Positions 39,645 to 53,396 of a stretch of DNA of 64,000 bases are shown here, piece by piece. This DNA is from Macrostomum lignano (Eukaryota): NCBI GenBank assembly GCA_002269645.1, contig NIVC01000163.1:124001-188000 (forward strand), written 5' to 3'. The notes below the pieces were generated by a model. The model had not been told where the DNA came from, searched no databases, and saw only the letters and a list, made by a program, of their open reading frames with translations. How positions within the stretch are numbered: position 1 is the first letter of the stretch; every line of letters begins with the position of its first letter. A program made the translations under genes and the position numbers.

Positions 39645-40700
39645 GGGAGAGGGGAGAGGCAGGGAGAGGGGAGAGGCAAGGAGAGGAGAGGCAGGGAGAG
39701 GGAGAGGCAGGGAGAGGGGAGAGGCAGGGAGAGGGGAGAGGCAGGGAGAGGGGAGAGGCAGGGAGAGGGGAGAGGCACGGAGAGGGGAGAGGCAGGGAGA
39801 GGGGAGAGGCACGGAGAGGGGAGAGGCACGGAGAGGGGAGAGGCAGGGAGAGGGGAGAGGCAGTGAGAGGTGAGAGGCAAGGAGAGGGGAGAGGCACGGA
39901 GAGGGGAGAGGCAGGGAGAGGGGAGAGGCAGTGAGAGGGGAGAGGCAAGGAGAGGGAGAGGCAAGGAGAGGGGAGAGGCAAGGAGAGGGGAGAGGCACGG
40001 AGAGGGGAGAGGCACGGAGAGGGAGAGGCAAGGAGAGGGGAGAGGCAAGGAGAGGGGAGAGGCAGGGAGAGGGGAGAGGCAGGGAGAGGGGAGAGGCAGG
40101 GAGAGGGGAGAGGCAGGGAGAGGGAGAGGCAGGGAGAGGGGAGAGGCAGTGAGAGGGGAGAGGCAAGGAAAGGGGAGAGGCAAGGAGAGGGGAGAGGCAA
40201 GGAGAGGGGAGAGGCACGGAGAGGGGAGAGGCAGGGAGAGGGGAGAGGCAGTGAGAGGGGAGAGGCAGGGAGAGGGAGAGGCAGTGAGAGGGGAGAGGCA
40301 AGGAGAGGGGAGAGGCAAGGAGAGGGGAGAGGCAAGGAGAGGGGAGAGGCACGGAGAGGGAGAGGCAGGGAGAGGGGAGAGGCAGTGAGAGGGGAGAGGC
40401 AGGGAGAGGGGAGAGGCAGTGAGAGGGAGAGGCAAGGAGAGGGGAGAGGCAAGGAGAGGGGAGAGGCAGTGAGAGGGGAGAGGCAAGGAGAGGGGAGAGG
40501 CACGGAGAGGGGAGAGGCAGGGAGAGGGGAGAGGCAGGGAGAGGGGAGAGGCAGTGAGAGGGGAGAGGCAGGGAGAGGGGAGAGGCAGGGAGAGGGGAGA
40601 GGCACGGAGAGGGGAGAGGCAGTGAGAGGGGAGAGGCAGGGAGAGGGGAGAGGCAGTGAGAGGGGAGAGGCAAGGAGAGGGGAGAGGCAGGGAGAGGGGT
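39645..40700. repeat. About 16-bp purine-rich minisatellite GGAGAGGGGAGAGGCA
   Basis: Direct reading. Confidence 0.93.
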
Positions 40701-41469
40701 TATAATACAATGGAGGCCACTGTAGAAACTGATTCAAACAAATTATGCTCGTATATTTTCAAAATCAAGTATGAAAAATCAACTAAGAAAAAGGTATGAA
40801 TTTATGGGATACTAAAAGAAAAAATATAAACAATAAATTACTTGCTTTTTTGTGTCCGAAGTTCTAGCCGTCATTCTTAAATTGTTTTGACTAACTTTCA
40901 GATGCTGCCGCTGCCAATAAAGATGCTCGCTTGTAACTGTAAATTAAAACAAACAAATTAAATCAACAAGAATTAGTTTGAAATTTCACGACTTACGCTA
41001 AATGAAACGCCCTCTTGAATGAAAATGAGAAAAAGTTTTAACTATTATCAACTTAATCACGGGTTCGCTAAGGAGGTACGCCGCTCCTCTGCGTGTGGGC
41101 GCCGCTCGGGCAGGCTCGGGCTCATATTCAATCTTTTTGGCATTAAATTTCTGATGAAAATACAGCAAGTTGTTGACTTTTCTGTCGTCTCTCTCTCCAT
41201 CGCACACAGCCAAAGGAAAAGCTCTACTTTAGCTTTGCACTCGGTGTGCGCAGCTGCCCACCTGGGCATCAGTTGCTCGTGTAATTCAAATTTAGAATTT
41301 CTTTCTCAAAAAGACGAGCCGAGATACAGAGCAGCGAGTGAGAGGTAGATTTGCAAACGAGGTTGGAAATTTCTAGCTTGTATTTTACAACTTTTCAGTG
41401 CAGAGATGGGCATTCCCTATCTTAGCGTGCAGCACTGGAATAAGAGCGCTGTCATGGCTGTGTTGTCAT

Positions 41470-41935
<466 letters not shown>

Positions 41936-42489
41936 AAGATAAAATACCCATAACTTACCTCAACGTTGTTCAGTCTTCATTTTATCGGTCTGAGAGATAC
42001 TTCAACTAAAACTTTAACTGAAGGTTGCTATTCATTTAATGGAAACAGATGCAGTGCATTAAAATGCTGTTTGAATTAAGCTCTATATCCAATAAATAAC
42101 TATCCTATTTCTGAAGCAGTTGGTCTTTCCACCGAAAGCTACCAAAATATAGCGCACACTGGCTCCTTTACTGAGTCTGAGGCTTGCACATTGGTGGCGC
42201 TTGTGCGGGCAGGCTTGAACTCCATATATGTTGGATTCTTTGTTATATGGCTCTGTGTTGCTGTCTTATGCGGCCCTCACGATAAACACGCGGATGGGAC
42301 CACAGCAAGGGAGGGTTTGCCGTAGTTAGCTGGTTGGCTGGGTGTTGGCTGGGGACAAGGACTGCTTTTGAACTTGCAACTTGGATGAGAAACTCTGCCA
42401 GGAAAAAATTCACGGCTTTTTCCTGCTTTTTATCCTATAAGCTGCAAGAAGTTGTTTGCTATTTAAATTTACACTGCTCGAAGATTACT

Positions 42490-43490
42490 CTCTCTCTCTC
42501 CCGATGCTCTCCTCCATCCGCTCTCCCCGATTCTCAGCTCCATCCGCTCTCTGCCTCTCTCCCTCCCCGATTCTCTCCTCCATCCGCCCTCTCCCTCTCT
42601 CCCTCCCCGTTTCTCTCCTCCATCCGCCCTCTCCCTCTCTCCCTCCCCGATTCTCTCCTCCATCCGCTCTCTCCCTCTCTCTTTCTCCGATTCTCTCCTC
42701 CATCCGCTCTCTCCCCCTCTCTTTCTCCGATTCTCTCCTCCATCCGCTCTCTCCCTTCCCCTTCCCGATTCTCTCCTCCATCCGCCCTCTCCTTCTCTCT
42801 TTCTCCGATTCTCTCCTCCATCCGCCCTCTCCCTCTCTCTTTCTCCGATTCTCTCCTCCATCCGCCCTCTCCCCCTCTCTTTCTCCGATTCTCTCCTCCA
42901 TCCGCTCTCTCCCTTCCCCTTCCCGATTCTCTCCTCCATCCGCCCTCTCCTTCTCTCTTTCTCCGATTCTCTCCTCCATCCGCCCTCTCCCTCTCTCTTT
43001 CTCCGATTCTCTCCTCCATCCGCCCTCTCCCTCTCTCTTTCTCCGATTCTCTCCTCCATCCGCCCTCTCCCCCCCTCCCCGATTCTCTCCTCCATCCGCC
43101 CTCTCCCTCCCCCTCCCGATTCTCTCCTCCATCCGCCCTCTCCCCCTCTCTTTCTCCGATTCTCTCCTCCATCCGCTCTCTCCCTTCCCCTTCCCGATTC
43201 TCTCCTCCATCCGCCCTCTCCTTCTCTCTTTCTCCGATTCTCTCCTCCATCCGCCCTCTCCCTCTCTCTTTCTCCGATTCTCTCCTCCATCCGCCCTCTC
43301 CCTCTCTCTTTCTCCGATTCTCTCCTCCATCCGCCCTCTCCCTCCCCCTCCCCGATTCTCTCCTCCATCCGCCCTCTCCCTCCCCCTCCCCGATTCTCTC
43401 CTCCATCCGCCCTCTCCCTCCCCCTTCCCGATTCTCTCCTCCATCCGCTCTCTCCCTCTCCCTGTCTCTCTTTCCCTCCCCGATCCTTTC
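42490..43490. repeat. Pyrimidine-rich minisatellite CCGATTCTCTCCTCCATCCGCCCTCTCC...
   Basis: Direct reading. Confidence 0.92.
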
Positions 43491-44089
43491 ATCATCTTGC
43501 TCGTCAATCTATTATTCTAGTCATCTGAAACGTTCCACTCCAAATTCTATCGGTAGAAGTCCACGAATATTGGTGCGTGTTCGAGCGTGTGTGCGACCCC
43601 CAAGTCGCCCACGAATCTCCATCCCCCAGCCGTCCCCTCCAAAAAAGTCGCTCCCCTCCTGTCCGGCCGCTGGGGTCTCCGCCTCGGTCACAGTGGGGAA
43701 TACAGAAAATGATTTTCATCCCAGCTAAAGTCCCAAACCGCCTCCCCCTATCTGACTGGTCTGAACCTGGACTTGAAGTCCAGAGAGCCCGCACCCCTGC
43801 GTATCGCGCGCTTTTTTTTTAGTTTAACCTCGCCGAATCGCGAAGGAAAAGAGGAAAGAAATCTGTTTTACTCAGTTATTCCCATAGGCAGGGTTTGGCG
43901 ACCCTGTAGTCTTTGCTTGGGGTTCGAATGCATAGAAAATAATCAGCCAAGCATTTCCTGACGGCTTAACTGGAGCGGAACGCTTTCAATGTTTTATGCG
44001 CGTATGGATTCCCGGCAGAAGTGCAGTCTTGAACAGCTATTTTTGAATTAGGCTATCGGCTGGATATCAATTATTCTTCTTTCAAAAGA

Positions 44090-44520
44090 GGCTCAGAGAG
44101 ATCCGAGAGATCAGAGAGAGATCAGAGAGATCAGAGAGATCAGAGAGATCAGAGAGATCCGAGAGATCAGAGAGAGATCAGAGAGATCAGAGAAATCAGA
44201 GAGATCAGAGAGATTCGAGAGATCAGAGAGAGATCAGAGAGAAATCAGAGAGAGATCAGAGAGAGATCAGAGAGAGATCAGAGAGATCAGAGAGATCAGA
44301 GAGAGATCAGAGATCAGAGAGAGATCAGAGAGAGATCAGAGAGAGATCAGAGAGATCAGAGAGATATCAGAGAGATCAGAGAGATCAGAGAGATCAGAGA
44401 GATCAGAGACATCAGAGAGATAAGAGAGATCAGAGAGATCAGAGAGATCAGAGAGAGATCAGAGACATCAGAGAGATCAGAGACATCAGAGACATCAGAG
44501 AGATCAGAGAGATCAGAAAA
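44090..44520. repeat. GAGATCAGA(GA) 9-11-bp repeat
   Basis: Direct reading. Confidence 0.92.
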
Positions 44521-45279
44521 TTTCTCCTGACTCCTGATTCGAGCCTGAGACTCCTGGAGAAGCCAATACTTCAATGCCTCATAGATCAGCACACTTCACT
44601 GAAGAGCAAGTCCGCAGAAAAAGTTCGTTACGAGCTAAAAAATATTTGTCGTATTCACACACGTTGCGTGACATCAATCTCCAGGGCCTCCATCTCTCTC
44701 TCTTCTTTTTCGATTTGCAAGCTACGGGACAGTTTCTGCCTCCCAAATCCGTTAGCTCGTTCCCCTCTCCGTATTCTAGTTTTCGTGCACACATTTGTAC
44801 TTTTCCATTTCGAGACATCAGATTGGGGGCACAGTTTCGGTGCCAAAGCCGCCTGCAAATACGATCCAGATGTCTCTTAGCCTTTTTGCGTTTGGGGTGG
44901 GGGCTGGAAAGCAGATATTAATAGAGGAAAGCAGATAGCAGGGGAGGACGTAAACCAAGCATAGCAACAGCGTAATTGGTCTGCCTTAACCGCAGAAATT
45001 GGCCTCTGTCGGTTGGAAATGTTTTTGCTTCTACTCGCGGGGTCAAATTGTGGGACTGCACGAATAGGGACTGCAAAAATTTGTGCTGACTTTTTTGTTT
45101 GCTTTGTTTCAATTTGCTTCTTTGTTGCGTCTGTCCACTTTAAATCTATTGGACTTTCTTCATCATTCCCTGTCTACCTGTCTGCCGCTCGATCTACCCA
45201 ATCTTTTCCTGGATCTACCCAACCTACACCTTACTCTACCCGATATACCCATCCATTTTCTGCCTACCCGTGGATCCAT

Positions 45280-45955
45280 CTAATCTCCTTCTCGATCTAT
45301 CTCTTGATCTACCCAATCTACCCCTCGATCTACCCAATCTAACCCTCGATCTACCCAATCTACCCAATCTACCCCTCGATCTACCCAATCTAACCCTCGA
45401 TCTACCCAATCTACCCAATCTACCCCTTGATCTGCCCAATCTACCCTCGATCTGCCCAATCTACCCCTCGATCTACCCAATCTACCCCTCGATCTACCCA
45501 ATCTACCCCTCGATCTACCCAATCTACCCCTCGATCTACCCAATCTACCCCTCGATCTACCCAATCTACCCCTCGATCTACCCAATCTACCCCTCGATCT
45601 ACCCAATCTACCCCTCGATCTACCCAATCTACCCCTCGATCTACCCAATCTACCCCTCGATCTACCCAATCTACCCCTCGATCTACCCAATCTACCCCTC
45701 GATCTACCCAATCTACCCCTTGATCTACCCAATCTACCCCTCGATCTACCCAATCTACCCCTCGATCTACCCAATCTAACCCTCGATCTACCCAATCTAC
45801 CCCTCGATCTACCCAATCTACCCCTTGATCTATCCAATCTACCCCTCGATCTACCCAATCTAACCCTCGATCTACCCAATCTACCCTTCGATCTACCCAA
45901 TCTACCCCTTGATCTACCCAATCTACCCCTCAATTTACCCAATCTACCCTCAATT
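45280..45955. repeat. 21-bp minisatellite GATCTACCCAATCTACCCCTC
   Basis: Direct reading. Confidence 0.94.
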
Positions 45956-46424
45956 TGTACAACATCTTCGCATCTGCCTTGAAATATAAAAATACTAAGG
46001 CAGTACCAGACGTCTTGGCTTCACAGATTTTAAAAGTGCAGCTGGTACATTTTTTCTTGCGTTCAGTAGCTAAGTCAGCAAATTCTTTCAAGAAATCTTC
46101 GGGCACTGCTTGTGTGTACATTTCGGTTTAGAAACCCTTGTTAAACTCGAAAAAAACCTTTTCACTTTGTCCCTCGTCCCAGCAACCGGTCTGAAAAGCT
46201 TTCAGCCGACCAGTAATGCCCCGGTACGGTATGCGGATTGCTTTCTTTTTTCCGACCAGAAAATAATTCACAAGTTATGTGATGGTTTTTGCTCCGAAAA
46301 ATGCGTCACTGCGATTCATTGGCCTTTCTTTGCCTGAGGTTTTATTAAAATCATCAATGCCTGCCTTTGTACTTATTACGAGTAGTAGTATCCTAAGTGC
46401 ATGAAATAATTTGTCTCTTTTAAC

Positions 46425-47090
46425 ACCCACTGTCTTCTTCATCACCCCACTGTCTTCTTCATCACCCCACTGTCTTCTTCATCACCCCCACTGTCTTCTT
46501 CATCACCCCACTGTCTTCTTCATCACCCCACTGTCTTCTTCATCACCCCACTGTCTTCTTCATCACCCCCACTGTCTTCTTCATCACCCCACTGTCTTCT
46601 TCATCACCCCCACTGTCTTCTTCATCACCCCACTGTCTTCTTCATCACCCCACTGTCTTCTTCATCACCCCACTGTCTTCTTCATCACCCCCACTGTCTT
46701 CTTCATCACCCCACTGTCTTCTTCATCACCCCACTGTCTTCTTCATCACCCCACTGTCTTCTTCATCACCCCACTGTCTTCTTCATCACCCCACTGTCTT
46801 CTTCATCACCCCCACTGTCTTCTTCATCACCCCCACTGTCTTCTTCATCACCCCACTGTCTTCTTTATCACCCCCACTGTCTTCTTCATCACCCCCACTG
46901 TCTTCTTCATCACCCCCACAGTCTTCTTCATCACCCCACTGTCTTCTTCATCACCCCACTGTCTTCTTTATCACCCCCACTGTCTTCTTCATCACCCCCA
47001 CTGTCTTCTTCATCACCCCACTGTCTTCTTCATCACTCTAACTGTCTTATTCATCACCCCATTGTCTTCTTCATCACCCCACTGTCTCCT
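46425..47090. repeat. 19-20-bp minisatellite CCCCACTGTCTTCTTCATCA
   Basis: Direct reading. Confidence 0.94.
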
Positions 47091-47451
47091 TCATCACTCC
47101 ACTGTTTCCCTCGTCACAACACTGACCCCTGATATTCCAGTGCCTTCTCCCTCCCATGCAAGCAATGTCGCTTTAACTCTAATATCAAAGTCTGTCTCAG
47201 TGCGCGTACGATTACCTCCCCTCACTTGGGATACTATCAGTGCCCCTGGCTTCTTTTCTGACAGTTAGAAGTACCTGAATAATCCGAGCAGCAATCAAAA
47301 GAACTTAGATAAGGCTTTCCGAAAGGATGATGTAAATCCAGAATCCAATAAATTTCTGGTCTCGAAGCTGCTGATAAAGCAACGATCCTGAAGAAGTTTC
47401 CCAATTCCAGACACTGTCCTATTGCTCTGTAGCATAATTTTACATTCCCCA

Positions 47452-49362
47452 ATGTCAAAAATCCCACGAAGTTTCAACCGCGTCGCTCCACTGCTGATGG
47501 ACAGTCAGCAGCCAAGGATAATTTGGCAGGCGGGGCATTTCCGGCCCGAGATGATGGAGCTTCTGTACACGAAGCACTATGACGAGTTTGTCGTCAGCAT
47601 GGAGAAGCTGACCTCGCATCAACTAATAATCTTACTGAGTCCGTCTGCTTCATCATTGCTCACCTACTCGCTCAGCAGTCCGTTGAGAGTCGCCGACACG
47701 CCTAATCAGCTAGAAAGCCTTTCTGTAACGCCCATGCTGGAACTGTTCATCACAGGAAACCTCCAGGTGGTGTCCGCAGCCGTGGAGCTGCTGTCCAAAT
47801 CGCCCGCAGTTGACGCCTGTCGAGTCCTGAGGCCGACCCTCTTCCAACTGGTGGACTTCTGCTGCTGCTGCTGCTGCAACAGGAACTCTTCCGACAGTTT
47901 TGACGATAGAGACAGTTTCGAGTCTGAGCAGGTTGAGTTAAAATTAGCCGAGCTGTTCGCTCAGCTGGCTGCAATTCAGCCCAGCCGGTGCCTGGAGATG
48001 CTCAACCAGGAGGCGACGACAAGCCGCCTGCGACCGGTGGAGTACGCGGCGCTGTGGCGCAAATTCCACCTGGCCAGAGTCTACCTGGAGGCGCCTGGCT
48101 ACGTGAGGACTGTTGTTAAGTCCGAACGAGTTGCCATTGAAGAGTTCGACTTGACTCCCTACCACTGGGCCGGCGGGCCGCGGATGAGCAAGTCGCCGTT
48201 TCTCTACTTCGCCATGGCGAACGAGAAGGCCGCCAAGGACAGACGAATTCCGGGCAGTTGGCGCAACTTCTACCACAGCCCAGCGGCCCAGGCCTACTTC
48301 AACGCAATGGGGGAGTGGACGCTGAAGTCGAAGCACGCATTCGCGCAGATTTTCCTCATGATTCTTTGCTATTTTCTCAACGTGCTCACTCTGACGGCCA
48401 GAGTGTTCACTAGAGGAGAGTTCAATTCGAGCAATATAGCTCAGGTTGCCGGGCTAAATCAGACGCACGTGCTGTACCTGACCCAGATGCCTCAGGCTGC
48501 TCTATCGGCTATGCGCGGTCTGTTCTACGCGCGATTCGCTCTGCAACTCGTATTCTTGTTTATCTTTATAATCTTCCTAGCGGTGTCCTTCTACACCAAC
48601 CGTCTGCTGCCACCAACAGTGCGTCGAAATTGGTTGCTGCTCCAGTGGATTGCTAGCGTGATGACGTTGAGCAACGCCACCGACAGCCTGATATCTGGCA
48701 GTCTCCTCTTTCACCTGCTAATGATGTTCATAGAGGCGATGTTCATCTACACTGATTACTTCTACACAGTTGAGAACGGACAGCTGTACATTTCTGCCGA
48801 CTCGTTGAAGTTCATGTACACGTTTTTGATGCTCATACTGCAGCAGGTTCTCATCCTAGCTGTCAGCTGCTTGTCTTACTACTATGAACTATTTGCTCAC
48901 ATCCTCATCGGTATGCAGCAGTCTATCAAGATCCTCTACATGAGCTTCTTTCCCGTATTCCTGTTCAGCCTCACCGTGCTAATCTGCTATCCTTATGTGC
49001 CGCGGGACGCCAGCTTTGTCTCCATATTAGCTGAGTACCTCGCATCGGCTTGTCGGTTCATTTTCGGTCAGGCTGATTTTGTGGGCTCCGGCGCCACACT
49101 GCTGGTCTGGGTGCAGCCAGTTTACTATGTGTTTATCGCCGTGTTTCTATTGAACTTCTGCGTGGCCCTCATCACACAGAAGATATCCGAACTGGACGAG
49201 AACATTGTCTATCGTCAGAAGATGCAGCTGCTTGGCTACTGGCATCTGCACTGTCTGGCAATGAGCATTGTCAGGAAGCGGCTGTGTCGGTTGAAGCAGA
49301 GACCAACTTTGCTGGTAAAGAAGGCGAGAACGAGGATTGGCGTTCGCAACGTGATTGTATAA
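47452..49362 (+). CDS. Intronless divergent TRP-like (TRPV-related) ion channel, about 636 aa
   Basis: Long non-repetitive ORF with an ankyrin-like segment (LRPVEYAALWRKFHLARVYL), an EFDLT strand like the TRPV pre-S1 linker, about 6-7 hydrophobic helices, pore-like ACRFIFGQADF, S6-like VFIAVFLLNFCVALI and TRP-helix-like ISELDENIVYRQK. First ATG at 47452; the track start at 47422 is a TTG. Confidence 0.78.
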   Translation: MSKIPRSFNRVAPLLMDSQQPRIIWQAGHFRPEMMELLYTKHYDEFVVSMEKLTSHQLIILLSPSASSLLTYSLSSPLRVADTPNQLESLSVTPMLELFITGNLQVVSAAVELLSKSPAVDACRVLRPTLFQLVDFCCCCCCNRNSSDSFDDRDSFESEQVELKLAELFAQLAAIQPSRCLEMLNQEATTSRLRPVEYAALWRKFHLARVYLEAPGYVRTVVKSERVAIEEFDLTPYHWAGGPRMSKSPFLYFAMANEKAAKDRRIPGSWRNFYHSPAAQAYFNAMGEWTLKSKHAFAQIFLMILCYFLNVLTLTARVFTRGEFNSSNIAQVAGLNQTHVLYLTQMPQAALSAMRGLFYARFALQLVFLFIFIIFLAVSFYTNRLLPPTVRRNWLLLQWIASVMTLSNATDSLISGSLLFHLLMMFIEAMFIYTDYFYTVENGQLYISADSLKFMYTFLMLILQQVLILAVSCLSYYYELFAHILIGMQQSIKILYMSFFPVFLFSLTVLICYPYVPRDASFVSILAEYLASACRFIFGQADFVGSGATLLVWVQPVYYVFIAVFLLNFCVALITQKISELDENIVYRQKMQLLGYWHLHCLAMSIVRKRLCRLKQRPTLLVKKARTRIGVRNVIV

Positions 49363-49504
49363 TTTTTAAATATTCCACGTCAACTCCTTGAGTTTTAATA
49401 ACTTAGACTACTTTTTCCTGTTTGCGTGCTGCAATTCATTACGGTAGATTGCTACTAGAAGTAGTTTAACGCACAAGCTTTTCCACTCCAAAAGTTTGCC
49501 AATT

Positions 49505-50665
49505 TTATATGTCAACATCCTTGATCTCCGATGTGCATGTAGCCATGTAAACATCCTTGATCTCCGATGTGCATGTAGCCATGTAAACATCCTTGATCTC
49601 CGATGTGCATGTAGCCATGTAAACATCCTTGATCTCCGATGTGCATGTAGCCATGTAAACATCCTTGATCTCCAATGTGCATGTAGCCATGTAAACATCC
49701 TTGATCTCCGAAGTGCATGTAGCCATGTAAACATCCTTGATCTCCGATGTACAGGTAGCCATGTAAACATCCTTGATCTCCAATGTGCATGTAGCCATGT
49801 AAACATCCTTGATCTCCGATGTGCATGTAGCCATGTAAACATCCTTGATCTCCGAAGTGCATGTAGCCATGTAAACATCCTTGATCTCCGATGTACAGGT
49901 AGCCATGTAAACATCCTTGATCTCCAATGTGCATGTAGCCATGTAAACATCCTTGATCTCCAATGTGCATGTAGCCATGTAAACATCCTTGATCTCCGAT
50001 GTACAGGTAGCCATGTAAACATCCTTGATCTCCGATGTGCATGTAGCCATGTAAACATCCTTGATCTCCGATGTGCATGTAGCCATGTAAACATCCTTGA
50101 TCTCCGATGTGCATGTAGCCATGTAAACATCCTTGATCTCCGATGTGCATGTAGCCATGTAAACATCCTTGATCTCCGATGTGCATGTAGCCATGTAAAC
50201 ATCCTTGATCTCCAATGTGCATGTAGCCATGTAAACATCCTTGATCTCCGATGTGCATGTAGCCATGTAAACATCCTTGATCTCCGATGTGCATGTAGCC
50301 ATGTAAACATCCTTGATCTCCGATGTGCATGTAGCCATGTAAACATCCTTGATCTCCGATGTGCATGTAGCCATGTAAACATCCTTGATCTCCCATGTGC
50401 ATGTAGCCATGTTAACATCCTTGATCTCCGATGTGCATGTAGCCATGTAAACATCCTTGATCTCCAATGTGCATGTAGCCATGTAAACATCCTTGATCTC
50501 CAATGTGGATGTAGCCATGTTAACATCCTTGATCTCCAATGTGGATGTAGCCATGTTAACATCCTTGATCTCCAATGTGGATGTAGCCATGTTAACATCC
50601 TTGATCTCCCATGTGCATGTAGCCATGTTAACATCCTTGATCTCCAATGTGGATGTAGCCATGTC
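49505..50665. repeat. 36-bp minisatellite ATCCTTGATCTCCGATGTGCATGTAGCCATGTAAAC
   Basis: Direct reading. Confidence 0.96.
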
Positions 50666-50964
50666 ATGCCACTGTAATGGCTTCTTTCTTCATTCTTCAT
50701 TTACTACACTTACATGTATGTGCCTATGCTAATAGGTTTGATAATTCTTCTCTCTCTTTGAGCATAGAAATCCCAGTTGTACAGTTTTGCTCTCGCGTAC
50801 GCGTGTACTCAGGCGTATCATGCTCAGGCGTACATTCGCTAGCGTACATCGTAATATCAAATAAAAAAAAACTCGGATGGCTTTAGCTAACTCGTGATTT
50901 CCTGGACCAGCTCAAACCTGCCTTCTGCTTAGTTTACATTGGTGTGAAGGCGTGCAGACGATGC

Positions 50965-52175
50965 TACCACCATTGAGCCCATTGGAATCTCAGAAACCAC
51001 CATTGAGCACATTGGAGTCTCAGAAACCACCATTGAGCACATTGGAGTCTCAGAAACCACCATTGAGCACATTGGAGTCTCAGAAACCACCATTGAGCAC
51101 ATTGGAATCTCAGAAACCACCATTGAGCCCATTGGAATCTCAGAAACCACCATTGAGCCCATTGGAGTCTCAGAAACCACCATTGAGCCCATTGGAATCT
51201 CAGAAACCACCATTGAGCCCATTAGAAGCTCAGAAACTACCATTGAGCCCATTGGAATCTCAGAAACTATCATTGAGCCCATTGGAATCTCAGAAACCAC
51301 CATTGAGCCCATTGGAGTCTCAGAAACCACCATTGAGCCCATTGGAATCTCAGAAACCACCATTGAGCCCATTAGAATCTCAGAAACTACCATTGAGCCC
51401 ATTGGAATCTCAGAAACCACCATTGAGCCCATTAGAAGCTCAGAAACTACCATTGAGCCCATTGGAATCTCAGAAACTACCATTGAGCCCATTAGAATCT
51501 CAGAAACTACCATTGAGCCCATTGGAATCTCAGAAACCACCATTGAGCCCATTAGAAGCTCAGAAACTACCATTGAGCCCATTGGAATCTCAGAAACTAT
51601 CATTGAGCCCATTGGAATCTCAGAAACCACCATTGAGCCCATTGGAATCTCAGAAACCACCATTGAGCCCATTAGAAGCTCAGAAACTACCATTGAGCCC
51701 ATTGGAATCTCAGAAACCACCATTGAGCCCATTAGAAGCTCAGAAACTACCATTGAGCCCATTGGAATCTCAGAAACCACCATTGAGCACATTGGAATCT
51801 CAGAAACCACCATTGAGCACATTGGAATCTCAGAAACTATCATTGAGCACATTGGAATCTCAGAAACTATCATTGAGCCCATTGGAATCTCAGAAACTAC
51901 CATTGAGCCCATTGGAATCTCAGAAACCACCATTGAGCACATTGGAATCTCAGAAACTATCATTGAGCACATTGGAATCTCAGAAACTATCATTGAGCCC
52001 ATTGGAATCTCAGAAACTACCATTGAGCCCATTGGAATCTCAGAAACCACCATTGAGCCCATTAGAATCTCAGAAACCACCATTGAGCCCATTGGAATCT
52101 CAAAAACTACCATTGAGCCCATTGGAATCTCAAAAACTACCATTGAGCCCATTGGAATCTCAGAAACCACCCTGG
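50965..52175. repeat. 30-bp minisatellite CCATTGAGCCCATTGGAATCTCAGAAACCA
   Basis: Direct reading. Confidence 0.96.
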
Positions 52176-52956
52176 AGCCATAGGCATAACATTATAATTG
52201 TTTCTCTATCAGTCAATCTCTTTTTGCCGCAGTAATTTATTCCATTAAGCTATACGTGAGCATACGGACTCAGTTTTTAGCCAATTGAAAGCTTTGGCGG
52301 GAAGACGCAGCACACAGCAGGAGAAGACGGAGGGTGAGAAAGTCAGTGAAGAGAAGAAGAACCTCTAGCTGACAAATCTGGGTCGCTCTGGGCCTATCTT
52401 CCCAGATGGGGTGGTTTATGACGGCCATATATCCCCAGAACGCGCATGACTGTCTTCCCGCATCCTCAATTCTCACTTTTCCCCATCCCAAACTCCTGCC
52501 GCCTGCGAAGAAGAGGGAACAGATCCGCCTCATCTTTTTTAGTTAATTTTTCATTCCTTCCCCATTTTTGAGGGCAGAAATTGTGAGAACTTTTCTCTAA
52601 CCTACACGATTTGCCTCTGCTCTGGCCTCCTGTCCTTTGCGTGTTTCACCGCCGATAGCAAAGAGTGCAAAGCGCATTTGGTACGTCAATTAGCTCAAGC
52701 GACTCAAGCTGGAGAAATGTACTAAAGACAAAAATATCGTTCGTTGCGAGGAACAGACTGGTGGAAACAAACAAGGTTAATTTAGCTAAAACGGTAGCAT
52801 CAAGGTACTCGTAGGAATGACAGAGAATTGCAAAAAGTTGAAAGAACTACTCATATATTAATCACTCTGAGGCTGCGAACGTTGAGAGAAGAAAAAACAA
52901 AAGACACAGACGCTACGAAAGACACTGAAACAGGCAAAAAAGACAGACAGGCAGTC

Positions 52957-53396
52957 ATGTGCCGCACTCGCCGTTCCGCTTCCTGCGGTTCCTCAACGGA
53001 CGCGGCGGGTTCTTCGAGCTCGGCCGGCGCAGCCGCCGCCCGACGTCGCCGCCGTCAGCATCGACGCCGCGGAGGCGCCAGCAGACGCCGGACGCCGTTC
53101 GCCCGTCGCGCACAAGCCGCCGGCTTTGTCCAAGTGGCCTCAGGCGGCGCCGCGGTGGCGGCTTCCCTGGCCTGCCGGTTCGAGTTCTGCTTCGCCGGAT
53201 TCCTGGCCGTCGGCGCTTGGACCGGCGCCTTCTACGTGGCCAACGGGCTGCTGGCGGTGGCGGCGGCCAGGATGCGACTGGCGGAGGCGCGACTAGCGAT
53301 CGGCGGCATGGTGCTGAGCCTGCTGGCGGCGATGCTGGGCCTCATGGCTATCGGCATGTCTGTGGTTGGCATTCTGGTCGAGTCCGATTTGAAAAG
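52957..53396 (+). CDS. CD20/MS4A-like tetraspan membrane protein, exon 1
   Basis: Arg-rich N-terminus, then three TM helices with a G-x-W-x-G-x-F-like motif (AVGAWTGAFYVANGLL). Proposed donor AG|GTTTTT (phase 2); GA|GTCCGA is an alternative. Confidence 0.65.

Noticed and set aside
44520-46337. BACK-domain-like peptide VLIYEALKYWL and nearby short ORFs
   Set aside because: I could not build a consistent exon chain; in-frame stops follow the candidate acceptors.
49408-52235. 380-430-aa repeat ORFs (VNILDLRCACSH, LSPLESQKPP)
   Set aside because: 36-bp and 30-bp tandem arrays with no unique flanking coding sequence or splice support.
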